This document shows, piece after piece, positions 1-9,945 of a DNA stretch of 54,123 bases (position 1 is the first letter of the stretch; the number at the start of each line of letters is the position of its first letter). Source of the stretch: an uncultured Anaerolineales bacterium (GTDB lineage Bacteria; Planctomycetota; Phycisphaerae; FEN-1346); assembly GCA_964353455.1 (NCBI GenBank), contig CAYGWP010000534.1, positions 1 through 54,123 on the forward strand, written 5' to 3'. Below the pieces are notes generated by a model, which had not been told where the DNA came from, ran no database searches, and saw nothing but the letters and a program-made list of their open reading frames with translations. A program made the position numbers and the translations under genes.

Positions 1-146
1 CAGTGGCAGGTGCAGAGGTATCGCGGGAAGTCCGGCTCGAAGGTGACGCGGTCGATGACCCACTCGTACCCGCCGCGGATGACCACGTCGTTCACCCGCA
101 GGTCCTTGCCCATCACGTTCTCGGTCTTGCGTGCTGCCGTCTTCAT
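1..146 (-). CDS. hypothetical protein, N-terminal part only (gene runs off the left window edge)
   Basis: ATG at 146-144 preceded by AAGGAG. Reads MKTAARKTENVMGKDLRVNDVVIRGGYEWVIDRVTFEPDF... and stays open to the window edge. No family recognised. Confidence 0.4.
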   Translation of the reverse strand, partial: MKTAARKTENVMGKDLRVNDVVIRGGYEWVIDRVTFEPDFPRYLCTCH

Positions 147-170
147 GGTCTGCTCCTTTTTCTGGTCGCC

Positions 171-458
171 TCAGTCGGCGAAGTTCTGGACGGCCCGCAG
201 GTAGTCGGCCACGTCGCCCTCGGTGCCCTCGTACCCGTCGAGGGTCGCCTGGAGCCGGCGGGCAGTGCGTTCCAGGAGTTCCTCGTCGCCGCCGCGGGCC
301 GCGACCTCCCAGACCGCCGTTTCGAACACCGGTACGTCGCGCTTCTTGCCCGCGATGATCCGCCCCAGCCATTTGGCTTCGATGCGGATGTTGCCATCGG
401 CCCGGCAGAGCCTCGCCTCGCCCCTCGCGCCCTCGACCGTCATCTGCGTCGTCTTCAT
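171..458 (-). CDS. hypothetical protein (95 aa)
   Basis: ORF with AAGGAG 6-7 nt upstream of the ATG at 458, closely followed by the next minus-strand gene. No family recognised. Confidence 0.5.
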   Translation of the reverse strand: MKTTQMTVEGARGEARLCRADGNIRIEAKWLGRIIAGKKRDVPVFETAVWEVAARGGDEELLERTARRLQATLDGYEGTEGDVADYLRAVQNFAD

Positions 459-784
459 CGCGTTCTCCTTCGTGGTTCGTGTTCGCCCCCGCCATGTGGA
501 TCAGGGCATGCTTTCGGAGAGGAATCAAGGCGAAAAGATGGACCAGCATCAATAATTCCGGGAGGCCGACCGTGGCTGAGCAGGGCCTACCTTCAACCGA
601 ACGCGTGACCCGGCGGCCCTCACTGTTGCCGAGGCGGCCCCCATCCTGGGCGTGGCCGTGGAGGTGGTCGAGAAGGACGTCCTAGAGGGCACCGCTGTGA
701 CGCCGCCGGGAATGGACGAGCATGAGCAGCCCGGGGCTCCTCAGCCGGACTGCCCGCGGCGCGCGCCCCTACGGTTTCTTGAGT

Positions 785-3619
785 CTATTGGGCGAAGAGA
801 CGCTCCAGCGCCTCGCGTGCGTTGTTGTTATTGGGGTCCAAGTCCACGGCGCGTCTCAGGTGGCGTTCGGCCTCTTCGTCCTTGTCTGTCCAGGCATAGA
901 CGACGCCCGCGATGTAATGGGCCACGGAGTCATCCGCACCCATAGAGAAGGCGGCCTCAATCTCGCGCCTGGCCTGAACGACGTAGCGCTGGGTCATGCA
1001 GGCATAGGCCAGTTCCGTGCGGACACGAGGGTCTTGGGGGGATCGCTGGCGCGCGGTCCAGAGCGCCAGCAGGGCTTCGCCGGTCCTTTGCGACTGACGC
1101 GCCTGGACCGCCGTCTCAAGAAGGTCAGCGGTGTCGCTCGGCAGTGCCGGGAGTGTGGCTCGCGAAGACCGGTCCTCCCGCAAGTGCCACCAACCCGCAC
1201 CGCCTGCGGTCACCGCCGTCGCTATGGCTGCGACAGCAAGGGCCGCCAGCCAGCGCGGCCAAGGCCGCTTTGGGGACTCCGCGACCGAGGTCCTTCTTTC
1301 GGCCATGAGGAGGGAGGCCACGAGGGCGGTGGCGGGGCCCGTGGCTGCAAGGGCAATCGAACCAACAAGGGCATTGAGGACTTCGGAGGCGCCGGCCTCG
1401 GAGTTGATCATCTCCGCCGCCGACATGTTGAGCGCCGCCGGCAAGAGGAATACCGGCAGGCGCATGCCTACGAAGGCAAAGAGCAGCGTCAGGACCATCG
1501 TGCCGACGACGTCGCGGGAGATGTTCATTCCTGCGGCGACCGCCTTCCAGCGCTTGATGCCCGGCTGCACGGCGCACACCTGCGCCACACCTGCCGCGAC
1601 GGTGACCGCCGTGTCCATCGCAAGGCCCAGGAAGGCAACCATCAGGCTGGCGGCGAGCAAACCAGTATAGTCATAACTGATCTTGAGCCCCTCGCTCGCC
1701 CACTCCAGGAAACGCGCCGGCACGGACTCCCGTCCGGTAAAACCCAGCCATCGGCAGGACAGTATCAGAAGGCCGGCGGCGATGCCAAGGCCGACCGCGC
1801 TGCCCACAATTGCCGCCAAGGCTTTTCGGTCGGCCGTACCCGTAATCGCAAGGACCGCCAGAAGCATCACCACGCAGAAGACTCCGGTCGTAAGCAGTGG
1901 CGGGCGACCTTCCGCCAGGAGGGGTATCAAGACCCCGATCATGAGCGCCGCTGCGGCGAGCATCACCAACAGCATCCGCACTCCACCGCGCCCGCCGGAC
2001 ACAATCACCATCGCAGCCGTGATAACGAACGCGATCAGCCCCCAGCGATATCGCAGCGGGGGTTTGTAGAACTGCACGTCCACCCCCGCGACGGTCTCCT
2101 CGACCGAAACATGTATCACGGCATCCCGTTGCAGGACCAGGTTATGTGACGGATTCGGTCCGAGCAGCAGCTGCGAGGTCAGGAGTTCACCCGCACGAGG
2201 CCCGAAGTAGGGCTGGATCACAGCCACCTGCGAGCGAAAGAAGGTCTTCTCGTGCGGATCGGCGGATTCTGCGTCGAGCTCGACAACCGGTTCGTCAAAA
2301 GCGACGACACGCGCCAGGGTTTCTGGCTCTCTCCGGCCAGGACCGCCCTGGTAGCCTCGTAGCATCAACTCGTCTGCCAAGCCAGCCGCCGCCAGGCAGA
2401 CCATCACGGCAAGGAAAGGACGGACGATTGACGCGAGCTGCACCGGGGGCCGAGGTGCGCGCTCTCCCTCAGGTGATGTTCTGTTACCGTAGGACATGGC
2501 GGCGAGGAGTGCCGTCGCCGGCACGCTGAGCGCCATGCCTACGGCCACCGCCGCCACACGCGCCAGGTCGGACGCCGTCAGTTCGTAATTCGTCAGCCGC
2601 AACCATCGGTCGGCCTGCCAGGCGGGCCCAACTGAGACGAAGAAGATGAGATGGCTACCGACGAAAACCAGCGTCAGCGTGAAGACCATCACGCCGAAGA
2701 TGTCGCGCCCGGCTGCCAGGCCCGAGCGGAACAAGCACCACCGGCGCTCCAGCGGGGCGATGCGATGCACCTCAGCAACTGTGGATGCCACCGCCATCGA
2801 CACGTCCATCACGGCCCCCAACCCGGCCAGCAGCATGCCCGCCACCAGCAGACTCCCGAACCGGACGCCGCGGAGCGGTTCGGCAAACCACAGTAGGTTA
2901 TCAAGGTGGTGATACGGCCCAAACTCTGCCTCGAGGCCAGTCAGCGCCATCGCCTCCACGAGACCAACGGCCAGCAGACCTCCAGCCACAAGGCCGCACA
3001 ATGTGCCTCCGAGGGCTGCGATGGACTTGCGGTTGAACCCGCCGATGGCAATGAGCGTGGGCGCGGCGATTGCCAGCGCAAGCGGCACGGACCATGTCGC
3101 CGCAGGGGCACCGATGGAAACCGCGGGAAGCATCAGCCCCACCAGCAGGGCCAAGGCCCAGGCCACAGAGCCGAGGGTCGCGATTCCCTTGCGTCCGGCC
3201 GTCACGGCGAGAAGGGCTGCCAGGGCGGCCGACAAGGCGATCAGGTAACCGTCGCGCTCACGCGAGAGCAGATGCGCCGTAAGCCTGCCATCAAGCGAGC
3301 GCACGTCCACAAGCCACTCTTCGCCCGCTCGAACGGCGTCGTGTTCTTGAGCGCCCTGAGAGGTGTGTGTGGCACGCAATCTCTGGCCGCTGTACGGTCC
3401 CGAAGTGATGGTCACTTTGACCTGTGCCTGCCCCTCGTTCCCCGCCACGCGGTCCACCGTGGCGCGGCATACGGCGGCGCCCTCGGCCCCCACAGCGGGC
3501 CGCGTGTGATAGGCGGCCCAGTAAGGCAGAAGGCGGGCGGCAAGCAAGCCGACAACGAAGGCGGCAGCCACCGCTGTCGTCTTCAGTCCGGCGACGACAT
3601 GTCTCTCGGTTACGCTCAT
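785..3619 (-). CDS. polytopic membrane protein with two YibE/F-like modules and a C-terminal TPR region
   Basis: 944-aa ORF. It contains two repeats of a soluble beta-rich segment followed by multiple hydrophobic helices, the layout typical of YibE/F. The C-terminus is TPR-like (AHYIAGVVYAWTDKDEEAERHLRRAVDLDPNN). Family assignment is by recall only. Confidence 0.6.
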   Translation of the reverse strand: MSVTERHVVAGLKTTAVAAAFVVGLLAARLLPYWAAYHTRPAVGAEGAAVCRATVDRVAGNEGQAQVKVTITSGPYSGQRLRATHTSQGAQEHDAVRAGEEWLVDVRSLDGRLTAHLLSRERDGYLIALSAALAALLAVTAGRKGIATLGSVAWALALLVGLMLPAVSIGAPAATWSVPLALAIAAPTLIAIGGFNRKSIAALGGTLCGLVAGGLLAVGLVEAMALTGLEAEFGPYHHLDNLLWFAEPLRGVRFGSLLVAGMLLAGLGAVMDVSMAVASTVAEVHRIAPLERRWCLFRSGLAAGRDIFGVMVFTLTLVFVGSHLIFFVSVGPAWQADRWLRLTNYELTASDLARVAAVAVGMALSVPATALLAAMSYGNRTSPEGERAPRPPVQLASIVRPFLAVMVCLAAAGLADELMLRGYQGGPGRREPETLARVVAFDEPVVELDAESADPHEKTFFRSQVAVIQPYFGPRAGELLTSQLLLGPNPSHNLVLQRDAVIHVSVEETVAGVDVQFYKPPLRYRWGLIAFVITAAMVIVSGGRGGVRMLLVMLAAAALMIGVLIPLLAEGRPPLLTTGVFCVVMLLAVLAITGTADRKALAAIVGSAVGLGIAAGLLILSCRWLGFTGRESVPARFLEWASEGLKISYDYTGLLAASLMVAFLGLAMDTAVTVAAGVAQVCAVQPGIKRWKAVAAGMNISRDVVGTMVLTLLFAFVGMRLPVFLLPAALNMSAAEMINSEAGASEVLNALVGSIALAATGPATALVASLLMAERRTSVAESPKRPWPRWLAALAVAAIATAVTAGGAGWWHLREDRSSRATLPALPSDTADLLETAVQARQSQRTGEALLALWTARQRSPQDPRVRTELAYACMTQRYVVQARREIEAAFSMGADDSVAHYIAGVVYAWTDKDEEAERHLRRAVDLDPNNNNAREALERLFAQ

Positions 3620-3844
3620 GGCCTTATTGCGCGACCCGCCCGGCCCATGCGGGAATACCTGCGAACCATCCCGCGGTCGCCCGGCAATTCGAGTGCTCCG
3701 TGATGCCGGGGACGCCGCGCAGCGAACGCGAAAGCACCGCTTGGGCGGCCTGCCGGCAAGAGCGTACGAGCCCGTGTCGAGTCCGATCTGCCGCGCGGCA
3801 CAATTCTCACCGTGCCACGTCCGAAGTTCGTGCAGGATGTCGCG

Positions 3845-4465
3845 CTATTTCTGCGGCGCGTATTTCACTGAGCAGCCGTAGGGTTCCGTCTTGGGCACCG
3901 AGATGGCCTTGTCAGCCAGGAGTTCCGAGAGGGCCTGGTCAACGTAGTTGACCCGCTTTTCCTTCTTGCCCGACGGGTCATCGTCAATCGCCCCCTGGTA
4001 GGCAAGGGCGCCGCTCTTCTCAATAATGAACATATGAGGGGTCGTCCTTGCACCATACGCGCGCCCTATGTCGCCCGCGTGGTCGTCGAGGTACGGGTAC
4101 GGCAGACCCTCAGCCTCGGCGAACTTGCGGTTCTTCTCCCGGTCGCTGGTGTGCGTGCTGTTGATCGCCAGCCAGACGACGCCTTTGTCCTTGTACTTTT
4201 CGGCCAGCGCCTTGAACGTACCGGCCCTGTGAACCCGAAGCCAGATCGGGCACCCCGGGTTGGCCCATTCGAGGACCACGATCTTGCCAGCGAAGTCCGC
4301 CAGGCTGACCTTCTTGCCGTTCACGTCCTCCAGGGTGAACGCCGGGGCCTTTCCGGGCTCCGCCTTGGCCTGTTCGGCCGTTGCGGCCTGACGCGCCGCC
4401 ATCCCAGCGACCGCCATGACCGCCAGGGCGACCGCCGCCGCCAACCACTGCTTACGCTTACGCAT
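3845..4465 (-). CDS. exported thioredoxin-fold (redoxin/TlpA-like) protein
   Basis: Signal peptide MRKRKQWLAAAVALAVMAVAG, motif VVLEWANPGCPIW, and a C-terminal YGCSVKY typical of this thioredoxin-like family. Confidence 0.7.
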   Translation of the reverse strand: MRKRKQWLAAAVALAVMAVAGMAARQAATAEQAKAEPGKAPAFTLEDVNGKKVSLADFAGKIVVLEWANPGCPIWLRVHRAGTFKALAEKYKDKGVVWLAINSTHTSDREKNRKFAEAEGLPYPYLDDHAGDIGRAYGARTTPHMFIIEKSGALAYQGAIDDDPSGKKEKRVNYVDQALSELLADKAISVPKTEPYGCSVKYAPQK

Positions 4466-4494
4466 GCTGATCTCCTTTCTGAAAGCACCCCTCT

Positions 4495-4542
4495 CATTCG
4501 GATTCCGAGCCTCGTCACTTGGAGGCGCTCAGCGCCTTGGCC
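4495..4542. repeat. copy 1 of a ~48-bp repeat spanning a gene 3' end, its stop codon and the palindrome TCGGATTCCGA (4498-4508)
   Basis: catTCGGATTCCGAgcctcgTCACTTGGAgGCGCTCAGCGCCTTgGCC compared with copy 2 at 6143-6191. Confidence 0.75.
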
Positions 4543-5111
4543 TTCTCGGCCGCTGCCGCGCCGGCCGCCGGGGCCGCCTGCACCTTCGCGGGTCCGCCCA
4601 CCGGATTGGCCGCCGGTTTCGCTTCCGCCGGCGCCTTCTTCCCCCGGGAAGCCAGGACTTGGTCAATCACTTTTTCGTATTCGGAGGCCAGGATGATGAT
4701 CGGCCAGCGGTGGACCTCCTTGCCATCGACGAAGAGGATCACCGTCGGGATGTAGAAGATGTCGTACTGCTGCTTCAGCCTCTCCGAGGTGACTTCGAAC
4801 CACATGGTGATCAACTCGTAGCTGTAGAATGAGACCTTCCCCTGATATTTCTTGGCCAGCAGGTCGAGCGTGGGCAGCACCATCTTGCAGGGCGGACACC
4901 CGCCGCCCTTATGGAAGTCGACGAGGACCGGCTCCTTGGCCTGGAGCACGCGTTTATTGAAGTCGGCCTCATTCGCCAGGGGTATCAGGTACTGACTCTC
5001 GCAACCTGTGACGGCGAGGGCCAGAACGATGAGGGCCAGAAGGCTGGCCCTCGGGCCGTACGCTACCCCGCGAGCATGTGCGGCCATGTGAACCGTCACC
5101 TCGTGCCCCAT
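4515..5111 (-). CDS. thioredoxin-like lipoprotein (CPPC active site)
   Basis: Lipobox LALAVTGC and motif HKGGGCPPCKMV. GGAGGA lies upstream of the ATG at 5111; ATGs at 5087 and 5195 are alternatives. The C-terminus is ...EKAKALSASK. Confidence 0.7.
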   Translation of the reverse strand: MGHEVTVHMAAHARGVAYGPRASLLALIVLALAVTGCESQYLIPLANEADFNKRVLQAKEPVLVDFHKGGGCPPCKMVLPTLDLLAKKYQGKVSFYSYELITMWFEVTSERLKQQYDIFYIPTVILFVDGKEVHRWPIIILASEYEKVIDQVLASRGKKAPAEAKPAANPVGGPAKVQAAPAAGAAAAEKAKALSASK

Positions 5112-5456
5112 CGGTCTCCTCCAGTAGTACATTCCTGGTTTCCCAGATACTCCCGCCTGCGACCGCCGGGAGCCGCTGGATGTTGATTCTCTCACGTTTC
5201 CATGATCCTGTAGGCCTTCTCACGCCCCCAATCATCGGCTCCGCCTGCTGCCGGGGCCAGATTTCGGCCATTGTCGGCCTCCAGCACTCTGGCCCAACGC
5301 TGACCTGCCCCCACAGGTAATGCCAGTCATAAAGTTGTAGTTGATGCCAACAGAGCCCTTGCCGGAGGGCGGAGCGCAGCGGAGCCCGGAGGCAGGAGCC
5401 GTTCCAAGATCCGCCCTCGCTTCTTTGAGGCGTACCGGCCATGATCTCGCCGCGCG

Positions 5457-6023
5457 CTATTTCAGCGGCAGCGATTCTTCAGCGTTCAACAGGATCTCCC
5501 GCAAGGCGACTCTTCCGCCCTCCGCGGGTTTTCCGCCTGGCACCCTGACTGTTTTATGAGCCTCGACCACAAGGCGGATGGCGCGCGGGTCGGATAAGGC
5601 GCCCTTGAGGACGCAGTCTTCAAGGGTCATGGCATCAAGCCCGGCTGCACCTTTCGGACGGGAGTCCGCCGGAATCAATGCAACGAAATTCAGGCCGGGC
5701 GCCCCGGCGCTGTTCCCCGTCACGCAGGCCCCGGTGTCGCCCGGTGCTTGAACTCCCGGGGGATACTCGAAGCGGTAGCAAAAAGTCGGGCGACTATGGT
5801 TGGCTTCGACCAGGACCTCGCGCGAACCACGGTTTACGACACGGGAGTGTATGATCAGGCTCCCATCCTTCTGGTGCTCGCATTGTGTGAGGAGGGCCAG
5901 TCCTTCGCTGTTGACGGCGTCGCGAGGCGCCATGGAGCCGCCGCAGCCAGCGCAGGCGGCCAGGACTACAAGGCCGGAGAAAAGGAGAAACCGTCGCCGT
6001 GCGATTCCCGTGTTGACGGACAT
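5457..6023 (-). CDS. hypothetical lipoprotein with a twin-arginine-like signal
   Basis: MSVNTGIARRRFLLFSGLVVLAACAGCGG, with AGGAGAG upstream of the ATG at 6023. No family recognised. Confidence 0.5.
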   Translation of the reverse strand: MSVNTGIARRRFLLFSGLVVLAACAGCGGSMAPRDAVNSEGLALLTQCEHQKDGSLIIHSRVVNRGSREVLVEANHSRPTFCYRFEYPPGVQAPGDTGACVTGNSAGAPGLNFVALIPADSRPKGAAGLDAMTLEDCVLKGALSDPRAIRLVVEAHKTVRVPGGKPAEGGRVALREILLNAEESLPLK

Positions 6024-6142
6024 AAACTCTCCTCTTGTCTGACGAAAGTCCAGAATCATGCAGTGTGAGAATACCGGTGAGTCGGATTGCCACCGGCGCA
6101 AGCGGCGCGACTTCAACGCGCCACAAGGCGGCCCGCCGTTGT

Positions 6143-6191
6143 CATCTCGGATTCCGAACCCTGTCACTTGGATGCGCTCAGCGCCTTTGCC
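6143..6191. repeat. copy 2 of the ~48-bp repeat with palindrome TCGGATTCCGA (6147-6157)
   Basis: catcTCGGATTCCGAaccctgTCACTTGGAtGCGCTCAGCGCCTTtGCC. It covers the last 9 codons (KAKALSASK) and stop codon of the TlpA-like gene. Confidence 0.75.
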
Positions 6192-7168
6192 TTATCGTCC
6201 GCCGACGCGCCGGCTTTCGTGTTCGGGAATCGCTCGGCCAGGTCTTCCAAGGCCTTGGCCGTTGCTGCCGGGTTGGCCTTTTCGCGCTTGAGGATGTCGC
6301 TCAGCAGAGCATCGGTGGCCTTCTCACGGCCCTGCTCGACTTCGGCCTTGATCTTCTCGTCGGCCTGAAGTTCCTTCAACCGCTCCTCAGCCTTCTTGGC
6401 CTGCGGCGAGTCGGGGGCCATGAGGGTGACATCCTGGAACGCCTCGTTCGCTTTGTAGTACTCCTTGGCGACAAGGCTCTTCTCTCCTTGGGCCAGCCGG
6501 GCAGGGGCTTGCGCCACGAGGGCCTTCCGGATGCGTTCGGCTTGATTCTTTGCGGCCGCGTTGTCTTCGGGAACCTGGAACTTCGCGAGCAAGGCTGCCG
6601 CGCGGCCAAACTGGGTCTTCTGCATGGCAGCGGAGATGTCTTCGAGCGGTGTCGGCCCTTTCGTCTGGCTGACCTTGGGCGGCGTCTTCTTGATCTGTGC
6701 CTCAAGGGTGGACTCGAAATCCGGCTGCATCGGGTGCCCTTCCCAGACGACGTTACCGGCGGTATCCACGATGGCCGCGTGCGGGATGCCCGTCACGCCA
6801 TACGCACCGCCCGACTTGCTGCCGCAGCCGACCGGATAGATCATGCCCATTTCCTTGGCGAAGGGCTCGACCTTGGCTTTCGGCTCGTCCGTGAGGCCCA
6901 TGATGACGACGCCCTGCCCGCTGAACTTCTTGTAGAGTTCGATGAGGTGCGGAATGGACTTGCGGCACGGCGGGCACCACGTGGCCCAGAACTCCACGAC
7001 GACGATCTTGCCGCGGAGCGCCGCCAGCGCGAGCGGCGGCGAGTTCAGCCAGTCCTGCGCTGAGACCTCCGGTGCTGCTTTGCCGACCAGGGCGGGTGGC
7101 TGGGCCGCGTGCGCGACACCAAACATCGTCGCCGCCACAACCAACACAAGGATCGTCACTCTCTTCAT
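6164..7168 (-). CDS. TlpA-like periplasmic thiol:disulfide oxidoreductase with a helical C-terminal extension
   Basis: Signal peptide, motif VVVEFWATWCPPCRKSIPHL, and AAGGAGAG upstream of the ATG at 7168. The C-terminus is ...DDKAKALSASK. Confidence 0.8.
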   Translation of the reverse strand: MKRVTILVLVVAATMFGVAHAAQPPALVGKAAPEVSAQDWLNSPPLALAALRGKIVVVEFWATWCPPCRKSIPHLIELYKKFSGQGVVIMGLTDEPKAKVEPFAKEMGMIYPVGCGSKSGGAYGVTGIPHAAIVDTAGNVVWEGHPMQPDFESTLEAQIKKTPPKVSQTKGPTPLEDISAAMQKTQFGRAAALLAKFQVPEDNAAAKNQAERIRKALVAQAPARLAQGEKSLVAKEYYKANEAFQDVTLMAPDSPQAKKAEERLKELQADEKIKAEVEQGREKATDALLSDILKREKANPAATAKALEDLAERFPNTKAGASADDKAKALSASK

Positions 7169-7231
7169 CGGTGCTCTCCTTTCAGACCGGATGCTTGCTC
7201 AACGGCTACCATTGTCGCCTGCTTCACGGTC

Positions 7232-7468
7232 TCACATCTCCTTGCCGACAACGTGGATTCCACTCGCTTCGATGCCACAATCGCTCAGAATGGCTTGAAC
7301 CCGGTCCTTCTGCGACGCCGGCAGCGCCAGTGCTACCGTGCAATCGGGGCTCAGATCCCTCGGGGCCGGGATGAGTCTGCCGGCGATACCCGCTCGTTTG
7401 ACCAGTTCTTCCGCGCGCAGGGCCGCATGAGTCGTGAAGAAGGTCGCGATACATGTTTCAGGCCCCAT
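7232..7468 (-). CDS. DUF3343-type small protein (putative Se/S carrier-like)
   Basis: 78 aa: ATFFTTHAALRAEELVKRAGIAGRLIPAPRDLSPDCTVALA. The family and its usual location next to yedE/selD are recalled, not verified. Confidence 0.65.
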   Translation of the reverse strand: MGPETCIATFFTTHAALRAEELVKRAGIAGRLIPAPRDLSPDCTVALALPASQKDRVQAILSDCGIEASGIHVVGKEM

Positions 7469-8636
7469 GATGCTCCGCCTGCACGCCCTGAAGTTCTCGG
7501 AGGCACAAGACGAAGTACTGGATTTCCTCGGCGGTGTTGAAAGGTCCCAGGCTCACGCGGACGGTTCCGCCGGTCCGGCGGAATGTCCCGAGGGTCCTGT
7601 GGGCGGCGGGGGAGCACTGAAGCCCCGCTCGGGTCATGATGCCGAAGCGATCATCCAGTATCTCGCTCACCGCGGCGGTATCCATCCCCGCCACCGTGAA
7701 AGAGGCCACGGCCGTCTGTTTCTCAGGGTCGTGCGGACCATAGACGGTCACACCCGGCGTTAGCGAGAGTTCATCGAGCAGCAGTGCGGTTAGTTCTTGG
7801 AGTCTCTTCTTGATGACCGCCACTCCCTGTTCTTCCAAGTACGCCAGTCCTGCGGCAAGGCCCGCAATGCCAAGCCCGTTCAGCGTGCCGCTCTCGTATC
7901 GGTCGGGCAGGTGCGTCGGTTGGGTCTCGTGCTGGGAGCGGCTGCCCGTGCCGCCCTCCTTGAGCGGAATCAGGTCCATGCCATCGCCGACAACAAGACC
8001 GCCGGTTCCCTGAGGCCCCAAGAGCCCCTTGTGTCCGCTGAAGGCGAGCAGGTCCGCGCCGAGGGCGGGGATATCAATGGGCACGCATCCCGCCGATTGG
8101 GCCGCATCCACCAAGAGCCGGATGCCGTGCTTGCGAGTGATGTCGCCGATTTCAGCCACCGGCTGAATCGTACCCACCACGTTCGAGGCGTGGGTCACGA
8201 CAACCAGCCGCGTGTTCGGCCTGAGATGCTTCTCGACATCAGCAGGGCTGAGCCACCCCTCGCGCGAGCATGGCACCACGGTCAACTCAATGGTGCCGTC
8301 GGCCTCCAATCGACGGAGCGGCCGCATGACGGAATTGTGCTCGACGCTGCTCGTGACCACGTGGTCGCCCGGGCGGACGAGGCCCTTGATGGCCAGGTTC
8401 AGCGCCTCGGTACAGTTCGGCGTCAGGATGACGCGGGCGGAATCGGCCACGTTGAACAGGCGGGCCAGCCGCTGGCGCGCGTCAAGGACCACCCGTCCGG
8501 CAGCCAAGGCCAAGCGATGGCCGGAACGCCCCGGTGTTGCGCCAACCTCCCGTTGGTAGTGATCGACAGCGCGGTACACCTCTTCCGGCTTCGGATGGGA
8601 GGTGGCCGCATTGTCGAAGTACACGATCCGGCTCAT
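7458..8636 (-). CDS. class-V aminotransferase, cysteine desulfurase / selenocysteine lyase-like
   Basis: MSRIVYFDNAATSHPKPEEV..., PLP-lysine region AFSGHKGLLGPQG, and C-terminal GLQCSP. The start ATG at 8636 overlaps the yedE stop codon (ATGA). Confidence 0.85.
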   Translation of the reverse strand: MSRIVYFDNAATSHPKPEEVYRAVDHYQREVGATPGRSGHRLALAAGRVVLDARQRLARLFNVADSARVILTPNCTEALNLAIKGLVRPGDHVVTSSVEHNSVMRPLRRLEADGTIELTVVPCSREGWLSPADVEKHLRPNTRLVVVTHASNVVGTIQPVAEIGDITRKHGIRLLVDAAQSAGCVPIDIPALGADLLAFSGHKGLLGPQGTGGLVVGDGMDLIPLKEGGTGSRSQHETQPTHLPDRYESGTLNGLGIAGLAAGLAYLEEQGVAVIKKRLQELTALLLDELSLTPGVTVYGPHDPEKQTAVASFTVAGMDTAAVSEILDDRFGIMTRAGLQCSPAAHRTLGTFRRTGGTVRVSLGPFNTAEEIQYFVLCLRELQGVQAEHHGA

Positions 8637-9694
8637 GTTTCCCTCACACTCCGGCCAACGGCCAGGCAGATGACGAGGCCCGCCACGACAGCCACTTGCC
8701 CGCCCACAGGGACACCGGCGGGCGAGGCGGCCAGGTCGAAGTTGTGCGCGACCGCCGCGCCGGCGAACATGCCCCAGATCGCGCAGAACGCCGCGCCATC
8801 CCCCTGGGCAGCCAGCACCAACTGCCGGAGCGGACACCCGCCCAGAAGCACGGCCCCCAGCCCCACCAGCGCCATGCCCAGAAAACTCCACAGGTGCTCC
8901 GTGTGGGCGATGGGCTGGCCGGAGAACCCCAGGTTGAACTGGCCGAGGGCCAGATTCGTCAGAGCAGCCGCGACCAGTGCCGCCGCCAGCCCCACCAGCA
9001 GGTGAGGACTGCGTATCAACAACATGTCCCGGATGCCTCCCGCAAAACACAGCCGGCTTCGCCGGGCCAGCGCCCCGAGGAGCAGTGCCGCACCCACCGA
9101 GGCCAGGACGGGCGCGGCCTGGCTTCCCGGTCCTGCGGCACTGAAGAAGATGAACGCGGGTCTGAGAAACAAGAGGACCAGGAGGCCTGCGGCCAGAACG
9201 GGGAGCACCAGCGTGGGCACGCGAGACACCGGGGCGGAGCGGCCCAGCGAGAAGCCCCGCCGCAAGAGGAGCGTGCCGACCCAGATGCCCGCGCCAAATC
9301 CGGCCAGTCCGGCAAGCGCCGTCAGGTCGCCGCCCCCCAGCCGCAGGGTCATGCGAACAGGGCAGCCAAGAAACACCAAGGCGCCGATCATCACGAGCGC
9401 GCCCAACAGGAAACTGATGCCCGGCGCCGGGGCGCTCCGGCCTTTCCACTCCTTGTGGAGCGCGGCAGCAAGCGTCGCCCCCAGGATCAGGGCCGGTATC
9501 TCCGGACGCAGGTACTGAACCTTGGCCGCATGGTGAAGGCCGAGCGCCCCGACGATGTCCCGCTGGAAGCACGCGATACATACACCCATGTTGGGCGGAT
9601 TGCCCGCCCACACCAGGACGGCGCCCAGCACGCCCAGGACGGCCCCGGCCACGATCACGACGGGCGGCATCATGGCCTTCCAGTCCGTTTTCAT
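8633..9694 (-). CDS. yedE: YedE-family putative selenium/sulfur-compound transporter
   Basis: 353-aa polytopic protein with motifs GVCIACF and GGCPLRQ. ATGA overlaps with both neighbouring genes. Confidence 0.8.
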   Translation of the reverse strand: MKTDWKAMMPPVVIVAGAVLGVLGAVLVWAGNPPNMGVCIACFQRDIVGALGLHHAAKVQYLRPEIPALILGATLAAALHKEWKGRSAPAPGISFLLGALVMIGALVFLGCPVRMTLRLGGGDLTALAGLAGFGAGIWVGTLLLRRGFSLGRSAPVSRVPTLVLPVLAAGLLVLLFLRPAFIFFSAAGPGSQAAPVLASVGAALLLGALARRSRLCFAGGIRDMLLIRSPHLLVGLAAALVAAALTNLALGQFNLGFSGQPIAHTEHLWSFLGMALVGLGAVLLGGCPLRQLVLAAQGDGAAFCAIWGMFAGAAVAHNFDLAASPAGVPVGGQVAVVAGLVICLAVGRSVRET

Positions 9695-9933
9695 GGTCCC
9701 TCTCCGCCAGCGCCGGGCTTCTCGATGATGATCCGGAAACCGCCCTCGCAGGCTGCGCACTGGTGCGAGCATCGCATGTACCCCGCCAGCCGCGTGATGT
9801 TCTCCACGGCCACCTGCTCGTCGACGAGCACGACCACGCGCCCCTGAGGAACGCTCTCCAGTGCCTTCTTGACCCGAATCACCGGGACGGGGCAGGCTAG
9901 CCCGCGGGCATCGACGGTCATGTCTTGATTCAC
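9691..9933 (-). CDS. yedF: YedF/TusA-like sulfur/selenium carrier
   Basis: 80 aa with motif DARGLACPVPVIRVKKAL (CPxP). Confidence 0.75.
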   Translation of the reverse strand: MNQDMTVDARGLACPVPVIRVKKALESVPQGRVVVLVDEQVAVENITRLAGYMRCSHQCAACEGGFRIIIEKPGAGGEGP

Positions 9934-9945
9934 GGCGGCGCGCCC

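Noticed and set aside
722-2149. 475-aa plus-strand ORF
   Set aside because: It is antisense to the YibE/F-like membrane protein gene, with an Arg/His/Gly-rich composition and no recognisable motifs.
8637-9611. N-terminal 325-aa extension of the 717-aa ORF 7458-9611
   Set aside because: It is Arg/Gly/Pro-rich low-complexity translation lying out of frame over the well-supported yedE gene. The desulfurase homology begins at MSRIVYFDNAATS (ATG 8636), which has an ATGA overlap with yedE.
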